Source of the DNA: Squalus acanthias
Lineage: Eukaryota
Length of the DNA stretch: 64,000 nt
Direction: 5' to 3'
Assembly (NCBI GenBank): GCA_030390025.1
Contig: CM059433.1
Span: forward strand, 4,216,001-4,280,000
The notes under the pieces were generated by a model that was not told where the DNA came from, searched no databases, and saw nothing but the letters and a program-made list of their open reading frames with translations. Of the stretch, positions 40,601 to 53,326 are shown in pieces; within the stretch, counting starts at the first letter, position 1; each line of letters opens with the position of its first letter. A program made the position numbers and the translations under genes.

Positions 40601-43600
40601 AGACTAATGATCCAGTCTAATGATCCGGACTAATGATCCGGACTAACGATCCGGACTAATGATCCGGACTAATGATCCGGACTAATGATCCAGACTAATG
40701 ATCAACTCTAATGATCCAGACTAATGATCCAGACTAATGATCCAGATAATGATCCTGACTAATGATCCAGACTAATGATCCAGACTAATGATCCAGACTA
40801 ATGATCCGGACTAATGATCCAGACTAATGATCCAGACTAATGATCCAGACTAATGAACGAGACTAATGATCCAGACTAATGATCCAGTCTAATGATCCAG
40901 ACTAATGATCCAGACTAATGATCGAGACTAATGATCCAGACTAATGATCCAGACTAATGATCCAGACTAATGATCCAGTCTAATGATCCAGGCTAATGAT
41001 CCAGTCTAATGATCCAGACTAATGATCCAGGCTAATGATCCGGACTAATGATCCAGACTAATGATCCAGACTAATGATCCAGTCTACTGATCCTGACTAA
41101 TGATCCGGACTAATGATCCAGTCTAACGATCCGGACTAATGATCCGGACTAACGATCCGGACTAATGATCCAGACTAATGATCCAGACTAATGATCCAGT
41201 CTAATGATCCAGTCTAATGATCCAGACTAATGATCCGGACTAATGATCGAGACTAATGATCCAGACTAATGATCCAGTCTAATGATCCGGACTAATGATC
41301 CGGACTAACGATCCGGACTAACGATCCGGACTAATGATCCGGACTAATGATCCAGACTAATGATCAAGTCTAATGATCCAGACTAATGATCGAGACTAAT
41401 GATCCGGACTAATGATCCAGACTAATGATCCAGTCTAATGATCCAGACTAATGATCCGGACTAATGATCCTGACTAATGATCCAGGCTAATGATCCGGAC
41501 TAATGATCCAGGCTAATGATCCAGACTAATGATCCAGTCTACTGATCCTGACTAATGATCCGGACTAATGATCCAGTCTAACGATCCGGACTAATGATCC
41601 GGACTAACGATCCGGACTAATGATCCAGACTAATGATCCAGACTAATGATCCAGACTAATGATCCGGACTAATGATCGAGACTAATGATCCAGACTAATG
41701 ATCCAGTCTAATGATCCGGACTAATGATCGAGTCTAATGATCCAGTCTAATGATCCAGACTAATGATCCAGACTAATGATCCAGTCTAATGATCCGGACT
41801 AATGATCCAGACTAATGATCCAGTCTAATGATCCAGACTAATGATCCAGACTAATGATCCGGACTAATGATCCGGACTAACGATCCGGACTAACGATCCG
41901 GACTAATGATCCGGACTAATGATCCAGACTAATGATCAACTCTAATGATCCAGACTAATGATCGAGACTAATGATCCGGACTAATGATCCAGATAATGAT
42001 CCTGACTAATGATCCGGACTAATGATCCGGACTAATGATCCAGTCTAATGATCCAGACTAATGATCCAGTCTAATGATCCAGACTAATGATCCGGACTAA
42101 TGATCCGGACTAATGATTCGGACTAATGATCCAGACTAATGATCCAGACTAATGATCCAGTCTAATGATCCGGACTAATGATCCAGACTAATGATCCAGA
42201 CTAATGATCCTGACTAATGATCCAGTCTAATGATCCTGACTAATGATCCAGTCTAATGATCCGGACTAATGATCCGGACTAATGATCCGGACTAATGATC
42301 CAGACTAATGGTCCAGACTAATGATCCAGACTAATGATCTGGACTAATGATCCAGACTAATGATCCAGTCTAATGATCCAATCTAATGATCCAGACTAAT
42401 GATCCAGGCTAATGATCCAGACTAATGATCCAGTCTAATGATCCAGACTAATGATCCGACTAATGATGCGGACTAATGATCCAGACTAATGATCCAGACT
42501 AATGATCCAGACTAATGATCCATTCTAATGATCCAGACTAATGATCCGGACTAATGATCCAGACTAATGATCCAGACTAATGATCCGGACTAATGATCCG
42601 GACTAATGATCCGGACTAATGATCCGGACTAATGATCCAGACTAATGATCCGGACTAATGATCCAGACTAATGGTCCAGACTAATGATCCAGACTAATTA
42701 TCCCTTCTAATGATCCGGACTAATGATCCAGACTAATGATCCAGACTAATGATCCAGACTAATTATCCCGTCTAATGATCCAGTCTAATGATCCAGACTA
42801 ATGATCCAGACTAATGATCCAGACTAATGATCGAGACTAATGATCCAGTCTAATGATCCGGACTAATGATCCAGACTAATGATCCAGACTAATGATCCAG
42901 ACTAATGATCCGGACTAATGATCGAGACTAATGATCCAAACTAATGATCAAGACTAATGATCCGGACTAATGATCCGGACTAATGATCGACACTAATGAT
43001 CCAGACTAATGATCCAGACTAATGATCCGGACTAATGATCGAGACTAATGATCCAGACTAATGATCCAGACTAATGATCCAGACTAATGATCCGGACTAA
43101 TGATCGAGACTAATGATCCAGTCTAATGATCCAGACTAATGATCCGGACTAATGATCGAGACTAATGATCCAGACTAATGATCCAGTCTAATGATCCGGA
43201 CTAATGATCCAGACTAATTATCAACTCTAATGATCCAGACTAATGATCCAGACTAATGATCCAGATAATGATCCAGACTAATGATCCAGACTAATGATCC
43301 TGACTAATGAACGAGACTAATGATCCGGACTAATGATCCAGACTAATGATCCTGACTAATGAACGAGACTAATGATCCGGACTAATGATCCAGACTAATT
43401 ATCAACTCTAATGATCCAGACTAATGATCCAGACTAATGATCCAGATAATGATCCTGACTAATGATCCAGACTAATGATCCAGACTAATGATCCAGTCTA
43501 ATGATCCGGACTAATGATCCAGACTAATGATCCAGACTAATGATCCAGACTAATGATCCTGACTAATGAACGAGACTAATGATCCAGACTAATGATCCAG

Positions 43601-45025
43601 TCTAATGATCCAGACTAATGATCCAGACTAATGATCGAGACTAATGATCCAGACTAATGATCCAGACTAATGATCCAGACTAATGATCCAGTCTAATGAT
43701 CCAGACTAATGATCCAGGCTAATGATCCGGACTAATGATCCAGACTAATGATCCAGACTAATGATCCAGACTAATGATCCAGTCTACTGATCCTGACTAA
43801 TGATCCGGACTAATGATCCAGTCTAACGATCCGGACTAATGATCCGGACTAACGATCCGGACTAATGATCCAGACTAATGATCCAGTCTAATGATCCAGA
43901 CTAATGATCCAGACTAATGATCCAGACTAATGATCGAGACTAATGATCCAGACTAATGATCCAGTCTAATGATCCGGACTAATGATCGAGACTAATGATC
44001 CAGTCTAATGATCCAGACTAATGATCCAGACTAATGATCCAGTCTAATGATCCAGACTAATGATCCGGACTAATGATCCAGACTAATGATCCAGTCTAAT
44101 GATCCGGACTAATGATCCGGACTAACGATCCGGACTAACGATCCGGACTAATGATCCGGACTAATGATCCAGACTAATGATCAACTCTAATGATCCAGAC
44201 TAATGATCGAGACTAATGATCCAGTCTAATGATCCAGTCTAATGTTCCTGACTAATGATCCGGACTAATGATCCGGACTAATGATCCAGATAATGATCCT
44301 GACTAATGATCCGGACTAATGATCCGGACTAATGATCCAGACTAATGATCCAGACTAATGATCCAGTCTAATGATCCAGACTAATGATCCAGTCTAATGA
44401 TCCAGTCTAATGATCCAGTCTAATGATCCAGACTAATGATCCAGTCTAATGATCCAGGCTAATGATCCAGACTAATGATCCAGACTAATGATCCAGACTA
44501 ATGATCCAGTCTAATGATCCAGACTAATGATCCAGACTAATGATCCAGGATAATGATCCAGACTAATGATCCAGACTAATGATCCGGACTAATGATCCGG
44601 ACTAATGATCCAGTCCAATGATCCGGACTAATGATCCAGACTAATGATCCAGACTAATGATCCAGACTAATGATCCAGACTAATGATCCAGACTAATGAT
44701 CCAGACTAATGATCCAGCAGATGTGAATTCAAATCCCACCACAGCAGCTGGGAAATTTAAATTCAGTTAAATAAATTAATTTAGAATTTAAAAAGAAAAA
44801 CTAGTATTTGTAATGGTGACCATGAAACTATCAGATTGTTGGAAAAACCCATCCGGTTCACTAATGTCCTTTAGGGAAGGAAATCTGCCGTCCTTACCCG
44901 GTCTGGCCTGTATGTGACTCCAGACCCACCGCAATGTGGTTGACTCTTAACTGCCTCTGAAACGGCCGAGCGAGACTCTCAGTTGTACCAAACCGCTGTG
45001 ACAAAGTCAGCACTGTGGGAGTACC
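28667..45025 (+). mobile_element. tRNA-derived SINE whose head is split by the 13-bp array (SINE parts 28667-28718 and 44718-45025)
   Basis: Both flanks are collinear with the unexpanded copy at 58457-58880. Confidence 0.85.
28719..44717. repeat. ~16-kb tandem array of the 13-bp unit GACTAATGATCCA (about 1,230 units) with higher-order duplications
   Basis: Continuous unit with recurring variants (CCGGAC, CCAGTC, CCTGAC, CGAGAC, TAACGA, 12-bp CAGATAAT); no ORFs in the track. Confidence 0.99.
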
Positions 45026-45460
45026 TTCTTCTTCTTCTTCTTAGGCAGTCCCTTGGAACCGGGGATGACTTGCTTCCACACTAAAAATGAGTTCTCAGGT
45101 GACTGATGAGTCCAATGCGGGACCTACAGTCTCTGTCACAGGTGGGGCAGACGGTGGTTGAAGGGGCGGGTGGGTGGGGTGCTTGGGTTGACGTGCGCTC
45201 CTTGCGCTGCTTGCGCTTGGCTTCCGCTTGCTCCCGGCGAAGAGACTCGAGGTGTTTGGCGCCTTCCCGGATGCTTCTCCTCCACTTTGTGCGGTCTTGG
45301 GCCAGGGATTCCCAGGTGTCGGTGGGGATGTTGCACTTTTACAAGGAGGCTTTGAGGGTGTCCTTAAAGCGTTTCCTCTGCCCACCTGGGGCTCTCTTGC
45401 CGTGATGGAGCTCCGAGTAGAGCGCTTGTTTAGGGAGTCTCGTATCGGGCATGCGGGCAA
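45026..45460 (-). mobile_element. RTE LINE 3' fragment
   Basis: (CTT)n tail; reverse complement of ~62250-62680. Confidence 0.92.
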
Positions 45461-46062
45461 TGTGAGCCATCTTGTGTCAGCGTAGTAGACACTCAAGAGC
45501 ATTCCAGCTACAGTACTGCATGGTATTATTATGAAAATGAACAAAATGTTTTACAGATTGATTATTAAACCAGTAATCACACTTAGGTCTCGAATAATCG
45601 CTCTAGATGTAGAGAATATAAAACTTACATTTGGAATGCCATCAGTGCAGTAAAAAAAATAGCCTAATGACTATGCTCAGGAAAGCAAGATCATCTCTTT
45701 ATGCTTCACCATTTATTTTACAAGGGTAATTAATTACCTTGTTAATTGAAAGTCTTTATCATAGTTCTTCATCAAAATTAACGTCCCTTTCTTTTTTAAT
45801 TATTGGCTATTAAAGGGCACGTTCATTTAACATGAATAATGTAATTTAATCTTTAATGTTAAAAACTTAACAGAACACTTTCAAGAAGGAATATAAATGT
45901 CTTTTCTGTCCTTTATGGATATTGTGACCTTCATCTCTTAACTTCTAAAGAAACTGACCCTGAAATTACTCGTTTTTTTACGGCATTTCATGGGGCTCTA
46001 TTTCAGCGCCACAGTATTTTCAGAGGTGGATTCTGGGACAAGCACCGTTTCCGCCACGTTTC

Positions 46063-46625
46063 ATAGAATCATAGAAAGTTACAGCACGGAAGGAGGCCAT
46101 TTCCGCCCATCGTGTCCGCGCCAGCCAACAAAGAGCTATCCAGCCTAATCCCACTTCCCAGCTCTTGGTCCGTAGCCCTGCAGGTTACAACATCCCAAGT
46201 GCACATCCAAGTACATTTTAAATGTGGTTAGGGTTTCTGCCTCTACCACCCTTTCAGGCACTGAGTTCCAGACCCCCACAACCCTCTGGGTGAAGAAATT
46301 TCCCCTCAAATCCTCTCTAAACCTTCCCCCAATTACTTTAAATCTGTGCCCCCTGGTTTTTGACCCATCTGCTAAGGGAAATAGGTCCTTTCTATCCACT
46401 TTTATCTAGGCCCCTCATAATTTTATACACCTCAGTTAGGTCTCCCCTCAGCTTCCTCTGTTCCAAGGAAAACAGACCCAGCCTCTCCAATCTTTCCTCA
46501 TAGCTAAGATTCTCTACTCCCGGCAACATCCTCGTAAACCTCCTCTGTACCCTCTCTAGTGCAATCACATCTTCCCTGTAATGTGGTGACCAGAACTGCA
46601 CGCAGTACTCTAGCTGAGGCCTAAC
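46063..46625 (-). mobile_element. CR1 3' fragment (second subfamily)
   Basis: QFWSPHYREDVIALERVQRRF...NFFTQRVVGVWNS; tail CATAGAATCATAGAA. Confidence 0.9.
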
Positions 46626-46898
46626 TCAAAGTTTCTGCTTTGTAATAGCAGCGATGCTATTTCTGATCGGGCTTGGGGGCATGACCGCATTCGTTCACCA
46701 ATTCCGCAGGAAGCTGCTTTCAATCCTGGAAGTGATGCTTACTGGGTGGAAGTTGGAACGATATAAGTGAGGTGGATCTCTTGCCAGTGTCAGCTGAGAC
46801 CGGCGGAATTGCTTTACTTTGGAGCCTGCAGCCTGAAGAAACTTTCAAGAGAGGTTCAGCAGGTCAGGCAGCATCCGTGGAGAGAGAGAGAGAAACAG

Positions 46899-46935
46899 AG
46901 TTAACGTTTCAGGTCGATGACCCTTCGTCAGAACT
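46899..46935 (-). ncRNA. Minimal hammerhead ribozyme motif (Penelope family B)
   Basis: Minus strand AGTT CTGACGA A GGGTC atc GACCT GAAA CG TT AACT; palindrome AACGTT. Confidence 0.85.
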
Positions 46936-48147
46936 GGAAAAAGTTAGAGATGTAACAGGTTTTAAGCAGGTGCAGAGGCAGGGAAAGGGGGAGGGGAGGA
47001 AAGAACAAAGGGGAGGGTCTGTGCTAGCGCGGACGGCAGGAGTGGCTAAATGTTGCAAATGGGGATGGCAGAATCATCAACAGCTGCCGCCTGAAAAAAT
47101 GGGGGCCGGGGTTATAGTCTGAAATTGTTGAACTCGATGTTGAGTCCAGAAGGTTGTAAAGTGCCTAATCGAAAGATGAGGTGCTGTTCCTCGAGCTTAT
47201 GTTGAGCTTCATTGAAACAGTGTAAGAGGCCGAGGACAGAGAGATCAGAGTGGGAGTGGAGCGGAGAATTAAAGTGACAGGTGACCGGAAGCTCCATTTC
47301 CCGCACTTCTGCCCTCACCCCTTCCCCTCCCTCCCAGAACCACGATAGGGTTCCCCTTGTCCTCACCTTTCACCCCACCAGCCTCCACATTCAACGGATC
47401 ATTCTCCGCCATTTCCGCCACCTCCAGCGTGATCCCACCACCAAACACATCTTCCCCTCCCCTACCCTTCCAGCATTCCGAAGGGACCGCTCCCTCCGCG
47501 ACACCCTGGTCCACTCCTCAATCACCCCAAACAGCCCCTCCCCTCCCCGCGGCACCTTCCCGTGCAAGCACAGGAGATGCAACATCTGCCCTTTTACCTC
47601 CCCCCTTCCCACTGTTCAGGGCCCCAAACACTCCTTCCAGGTGAAACAGCGATTTACTTGTACTTCTTGCAATTTAGTATACTGTATTCGCTGCTCACGA
47701 TGCGGTCTCCTCTACATTGGGGAGACCAAACGTAGATTGGGTGACCGCTTTGCGGAACACCTCCGTTCAGTCCGTAAGGGTGACCCCGAGCTTCCGGTCG
47801 CCTGTCACTTTAATTCTCCGCTTCACTCCCACTCTGACATCACCGTCCTCGGCCTCTTACACTGTTCCAATGAAGCTCAACGCAAGCTCGAGGAACAGCA
47901 CCTCATCTTTCGATGAGGCACTTTACAGACTTCTGGACTCAACATTGAGTTCAACAATTTCAGACTATAACCTCTGCCCCTATTTTTCCACATGGCAGCT
48001 GTTGATGATTCTACCATTCCCATTTGCAACATTTAACCACTCCTGCCTGCCACCCTATCACAGACCGTCCCTTTTGTTCTTTCCTCCCCTCCCCCTTTCC
48101 CGGCCTCTGCACCTGCTTAAAAACCTGTTCCATCTCCAACTTTCTCC

Positions 48148-48184
48148 AGTTCTGACGAAGAGTCATCGACCTGAAATGTTGACT
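48148..48184 (+). ncRNA. Minimal hammerhead motif (family B, mutated copy)
   Basis: AGTT CTGACGA A GAGTC atc GACCT GAAA TG TT GACT. Confidence 0.7.
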
Positions 48185-48997
48185 CTGTTTCTCTCTCCTC
48201 GATGCTGCCTGGCCTGCTGAGTGTTTCCAGCATTTTCTGTTGTTATTTCAGATTTCCAGCATCCGCTGTATTTTGCTATTGTTTCAAGAGAGATTGCTGG
48301 AGTTACAGACCAACTTTTAAAGTGTTTTATTTTTTTTGCTTTGCACCTGAATAAAGCTGCACTGGCCTCTGGCAGCCTGAGGATCTGTGAGGCCACCAGG
48401 ATATGTTTGTCCTCCACGCACAGTGAGAGGATCTGAGTACCATGTATGTGATACCCAATGGATATTGCCTAGCTTGCAACTTTAATGGACAAGGGATAGG
48501 AGCAGTACAGGATGGAGGAGAGGAGATTGGGACAGCATTTGAGGAAGATGTTAACCCCTCCCCCCAGTAATGAATTCACAGACCACACGAAATAATCTGA
48601 CAATCTTAGTGAGGAGGTCTGCGGGAGAAGAGTGCGCTTCAGCAAGGTAGTAATAGGAGGGCTGTGCCAGCAACTGTATGAAGACCAGCCAAGATCACCT
48701 GCCCAGACTGCTCTGCCTGTGGCTGGGAATGTGGCGATTGCCCTCAGTTTTTACGCCACCAGCTAATTTCAAGCAGCCACAGGGAGGATTTGTGCCATAC
48801 CAGGCCTACATTAGTCAGGTCACTGGCACACACTTTAGAAGAGTTGGGGGAATTCACACAGTCTGGCGTGACAGCAACGCAGCATCATGACAGGGTCCGT
48901 TTTATCACCTTGCTGGTTTCCCCAAAGTGCAATGGATGGCAAGCATGTAGCATTGCAAGCACCTACCAGCAGCTCCCTCAACTGTCTTAATAGAAAG

Positions 48998-49158
48998 TTA
49001 GAAAGATTAACTGTAATCATCTGGCAGTGTTCTCTGACTATATATGCTGTGCCCATATGCATCTCTTCCCTTCACCTGACGAAGGGGCAGCGCTCCGAAA
49101 GCTTGTAATTTCAAATAAAGCTGTTGGACTATAACCTGGTGTTGTGCGACTTCTCACA
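48998..49158 (+). mobile_element. 161-bp Penelope-derived insertion, essentially the hammerhead-bearing 3' repeat
   Basis: Matches ~16980-17140; hammerhead 49072-49108; TSD TTAATAGAAAG at 48987-48997 and 49159-49169. Confidence 0.9.
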
Positions 49159-51012
49159 TTAATAGAAAGGGGATACCACTCATTGAATGTCCAGCTTGTG
49201 CGTATCTAGCTGCAAAGAATCCTTTACATGAAAGCCAGAATTGCTGGAAGTTACCATGATGCCTTCATCCTCAGGAGTTCTGCCTTACCTGAGCTCCTCT
49301 GGCCAGATAGACACACGAATCTCCATCAAAGACGGACACCTCAGCACTTCACTCTACCGCAAGCCCACGGACAACCTCACGATGCTCCACTTCTCCAGCT
49401 TCCACCCTAACCATGTTAAAGAAGCCATCCCCTATGGACAAGCCCTGCGAATACACAGGATCTGCTCAGACGAGGAGGAACGCGATGGACACCTACGGAC
49501 GCTGAAAAACGCCCTCGTAAGAACGGGATATGACGCTCGACTCATCGATCGACAGTTCTGACGGGCCACAGCGAAAAATCGCATAGACCTCCTCAGAAGG
49601 CAAACACGGGACACAACCAACAGGGTACCCTACGTCGTCCAGTACTTCCCCGGAGCGGAGAAACTACACCATGTTCTTCGCAGCCTTCAACATGTCATCA
49701 ATGACGACAAACACCTCGCTAAGGCCATCCCCACGCCTCCACTACTTGCCTTCAAACAGCCGCCTAACCTCAGAAGTACCATCGTTCGCAGCAAATTACC
49801 CAGCTTTCAGGATAACAGCGACCACGACACCACACAACCCTGCCATGGCAAACTCTGCAAGATATGCCAGATCATCAACACAGATACCACCATCACACGT
49901 GAGGACACTACCCACCAGGTACATGGTACATACTCATGTGACTCGGCCAACGTTGTCTACCTCATACGTTGCAGGAAAGAATGCACCGCGGCATGGTACA
50001 TCGGCGAGACCATGCAGACACTGAGACAACATATGAACGAGCACCGCGCAACAATCGCCAGGCAGGATTGTTACCTCCCAGTCGGGGAACACTTCAGCAG
50101 TCAAGGACATTCAGCCTCGGATCTGCGGGTAAGCGTTCTCCAAGGCAACCTTAGAAACACACGACAACGCAAAATCATCGAGCAGAAACTGATAGCCAAG
50201 TTCCGCACTCATGAAGACGGTCTCAATCGGGATCTTGGGTTTATGTCACGATACATGACGTGATCCGGACTCGAGTCGTCGTTAGCTTGTTCACAGATGT
50301 GATTCCCAGTAAAAAAGTAAAAATTTTCCCAGTAAAAAAGTAAAAATTTTAATGCTTTTCGTTTTACATACAGACGGCAGCTTTTGACACGTTAGAACCC
50401 CTGCGACTACACCTCATTGTCTCAGTTGTATCTTGCTATGTCTTTGATGTGGTACCTTCCTGGCTGACTTAATTAACTTTATCACACCTCGGCAGATAGT
50501 CAGGATGATTTAATTTAGTGGTCTGCAATTGTAAGGTACACATGCTTTGTTTTCTATCTATATATGCTTTGGCGATTCTGTATCTAATTTACTTCACCTG
50601 AGGAAGGAGCAATCGATAGCTCCGAAAGCTTGTGATTTCAAATAAAACTGTTGGGGGTAGAAATTAGGTCGCGCCCCATTTGGGGCGCAAATATCGTCCG
50701 CGACGCAAATATTAGCGCCTGGCGCTAATTATCGGCACTGACAGGAAACTTCACTTTTACCGCCCCGGGAGGTGAGTGGAGCGCTAAATTAGGCGCTGCA
50801 CACCTCTCTTAAGGCGCAAAGGCCTAGGAGTGAGGCGCTACCTCAGCGCACGAGCGCAGCGCAGCTGCTGCCAGTTAGCGAGGGAACACAGACACACTGG
50901 CGCCGGACACTTCTTAAAGCGGGGGGGGGCCACTTGCTCCCCAGCCACACCCTGCTCATTGCAGCCTTGAATCTCAGCCTGGAGAGACCTGTAATCCATT
51001 TTGCTGCCAAGC

Positions 51013-53032
51013 ATGGAGAGGGTGAGAGAACGCGCTCATCGCTTCACCGAGCGGGCCTTGGATGCTCTGGTTGACGCAGTGGAGCGCAGACGATGCATGC
51101 TGTTCCCGGAGAGTGGCAGGAGGCCTTTGCCACGCGAGTTCAGAAGAGTGTGGAGGGAGGTGGCTCAGAGCGTCTCCTCCAGGAGCATGGTGCCCAGGAC
51201 CCATGTCCAGTGCCGCAAAAAGTTCAACGACCTCACTCGGGTCGTCAGGGTGAGTGGCTTTTTCTCAATACCTCTCCATCCCTCCATCTCAACCTCACTC
51301 TATGGCCAGAGGGTCTTAAAACCCCAATGCACAACACTCATGCAACACCTATGGCCCTTTCATCAAACACACACACACATTCCACACTTTGCATACAGTA
51401 AGGGCTATTCACCTATGGGAGGCACATCAGGCAAGACCATGGCTGCATACAGTAAGGGCTATTCACCTATGGGAGGCACATCAGGCAAGACCATGGCTGC
51501 ATACAGTAAGGGCTATTCACCTATGGGAGGCACATCAGGCAAGACCATGGCTGCATATTGTAAGGGCTATTCACCTATGGGAGGCACATCAGGCAAGACC
51601 ATGGCTGTATATTGACTCAGATGCTGTCCTTTTTCTTGCAGGCTAAGCTGGCTCATAATCGGAGACAGCAGCAACGGACGGGTGGAGGGCGGCTTCAGCT
51701 GCAACCCCTCAGCGATCTGGAGGAGCGCGTCCACAGGATTGTGGCAAGCCGGGTGATCGGTCCCGTCGCCACTGGAGACGCCGACCCCGTTGTGGACAGC
51801 AATGGTAAGGTCATCACCTTTTTGTCCTCTGTCCTTCCACTTGTCCCTCACAATACCAGCCTTTGACACTTTCAATCCAACTTGCTAACTCGCTGCACTT
51901 ATTCCTCCCTTACTGCCACCCTGTCCTCACGCTAAAGCCACTCTTGTACCTCCCTACTTTCAGATGGTGATTCACCAGCTGAGGAGATGGTCCCTGAAGC
52001 TGCCACTGGGAGTGATGCTGCAGCTGAGGAGGAAGAGGAAGCCGGAGCATCAGTGCCACCCTCTCCCGAGGAAGCCCATGGCCACACTGGGAACACGCCT
52101 TCCCCGGAGGGGAGCAGGGGGGAAGGGGCTGATGATGGTGAAGTTCCAGGACCCAGCGGGCTGCAGCAACGCCATTGGGGGGGGAGGGAAGAACGGGGGA
52201 GCAGGGGGGAAGGGGCTGATGATGGTGAAGTTCCAGGACCCAGCGGGCTGCAGCAACGCCATGGGGGGGGGGGAGGGAAGAACGGGAGCCTTCTCCCCAG
52301 AGGGAGAGTATGCCAGACACTCCTAATGCAATGGACGCAGAGGAGGAGCGGCTGATTGCAGAAATGAACAGCCAGGCGGTGGGCATGCACACTGAGCTCA
52401 TGGGTGCAGTGGGAAGGGTGCCCGAATGCATTGAGGCACTGGCAAGGAGTGTGGAGCACTTCGCTGTAGCACAGGCGGATGCCACACTAAAGCTTACTGC
52501 TGCAATTCAGTCACTGGCTGCCAGGAACCCATCTGAGACTGCTCTCATGCAGACTCAGATTGAGGCCACGCGAGCACTGACTGCTGCCATCCTCGATGGT
52601 TCGTGCACATGTCCCCGGGGCTGTCACCGCGCCGCAGCAGGCCAGCAATCTGTTCTCCGGCAAATTGCTCCGGATGCTGAAGTGCTGCCCCGTGGGAGTG
52701 CCAGTGTGTCGGGCGAGCAGGGAGTTGCTGTCCTCTCTCACGATGACAGCATTCCTGCTGCCAACACTGTCACTTCTCCACTGCACTTGCCACCGCCTGT
52801 AGGACAGACTGCTGCCGCCCATGCAGAGTTGGTGCAGTCTGCAGCCGGGCCCTCCAGGCCCAGAAGTGGTCGAGGCCGTCCTTCAGGGGCATCTGCAGTG
52901 TCAGGGTCTGACAAGCAGCAGCCTTCCACCAGCCTTGCTGCAGCCACTGAGGTCCCATTACGGAGGAGCAGTAGGGTTAGAAGGGGGGAAGTGCGCAAGG
53001 GAAGGAGATCACCCTCGAAGGGCAAAAAGTAG
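51013..53032 (+). CDS. Harbinger Myb/SANT DNA-binding protein, 3 exons (51013-51249, 51642-51804, 51964-53032), one frameshift at a G11 run
   Basis: RAHRFTERALDALVDAV...WREVAQSVSS...RTHVQCRKKFNDL; GT-AG introns of phase 0 and 1; frame jumps at 52263-52273 to REEREPSPQRESMPDTP. Confidence 0.8.
51391..51606. repeat. 54-bp minisatellite, 4 copies, in intron 1 of the Myb gene
   Basis: GCATACAGTAAGGGCTATTCACCTATGGGAGGCACATCAGGCAAGACCATGGCT starting at 51391, 51445, 51499, 51553. Confidence 0.97.
52109..52285. repeat. ~87-bp tandem duplication in Myb exon 3
   Basis: GSRGEGADDGEVPGPSGLQQRH encoded twice. Confidence 0.9.
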
Positions 53033-53326
53033 GAGGTGTGCCAAAATGCTGGTCATTTTTTTATTAAAGGCCGAGGTTCATGGCCCAACTTTTGTTTAGT
53101 GTTTTGGACATTATCTCCAGGTTGTGAGAACCAGTTATGTTATTGACTGTTTTTTTGTGTTTATTTCTATGAGTTTGTCATGAGGAATTGACACACACAG
53201 AGTTTGTACAATAAATAAGTTTCTGTATTCAAAATATACATGGCTGGTGGTTGGAATTATTGGTGCCTTGGCCGGCTTAGGGGTTGCGTGCTGGGTTGAT
53301 TCGTGTTTGTAGCACTGGCAGGGGCC

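Larger units (their letters stand above)
46854..48281 (+). mobile_element. Penelope-like element (family B), 5'-truncated with inverted terminal duplication
   Basis: GIY-YIG ORF 47281-47916 (NLVYCIRCSRCGLLYIGETKRRLGDRFAEH); ~46857-47293 is an inverted copy of ~47788-48220; TSD TTTCAAGAGAG at 46843-46853 and 48282-48292. Confidence 0.92.

Noticed and set aside
28719..44717. CRISPR array or repetitive coding gene
   Set aside because: There are no unique spacers, and the 13-bp unit carries stops on both strands that close all frames
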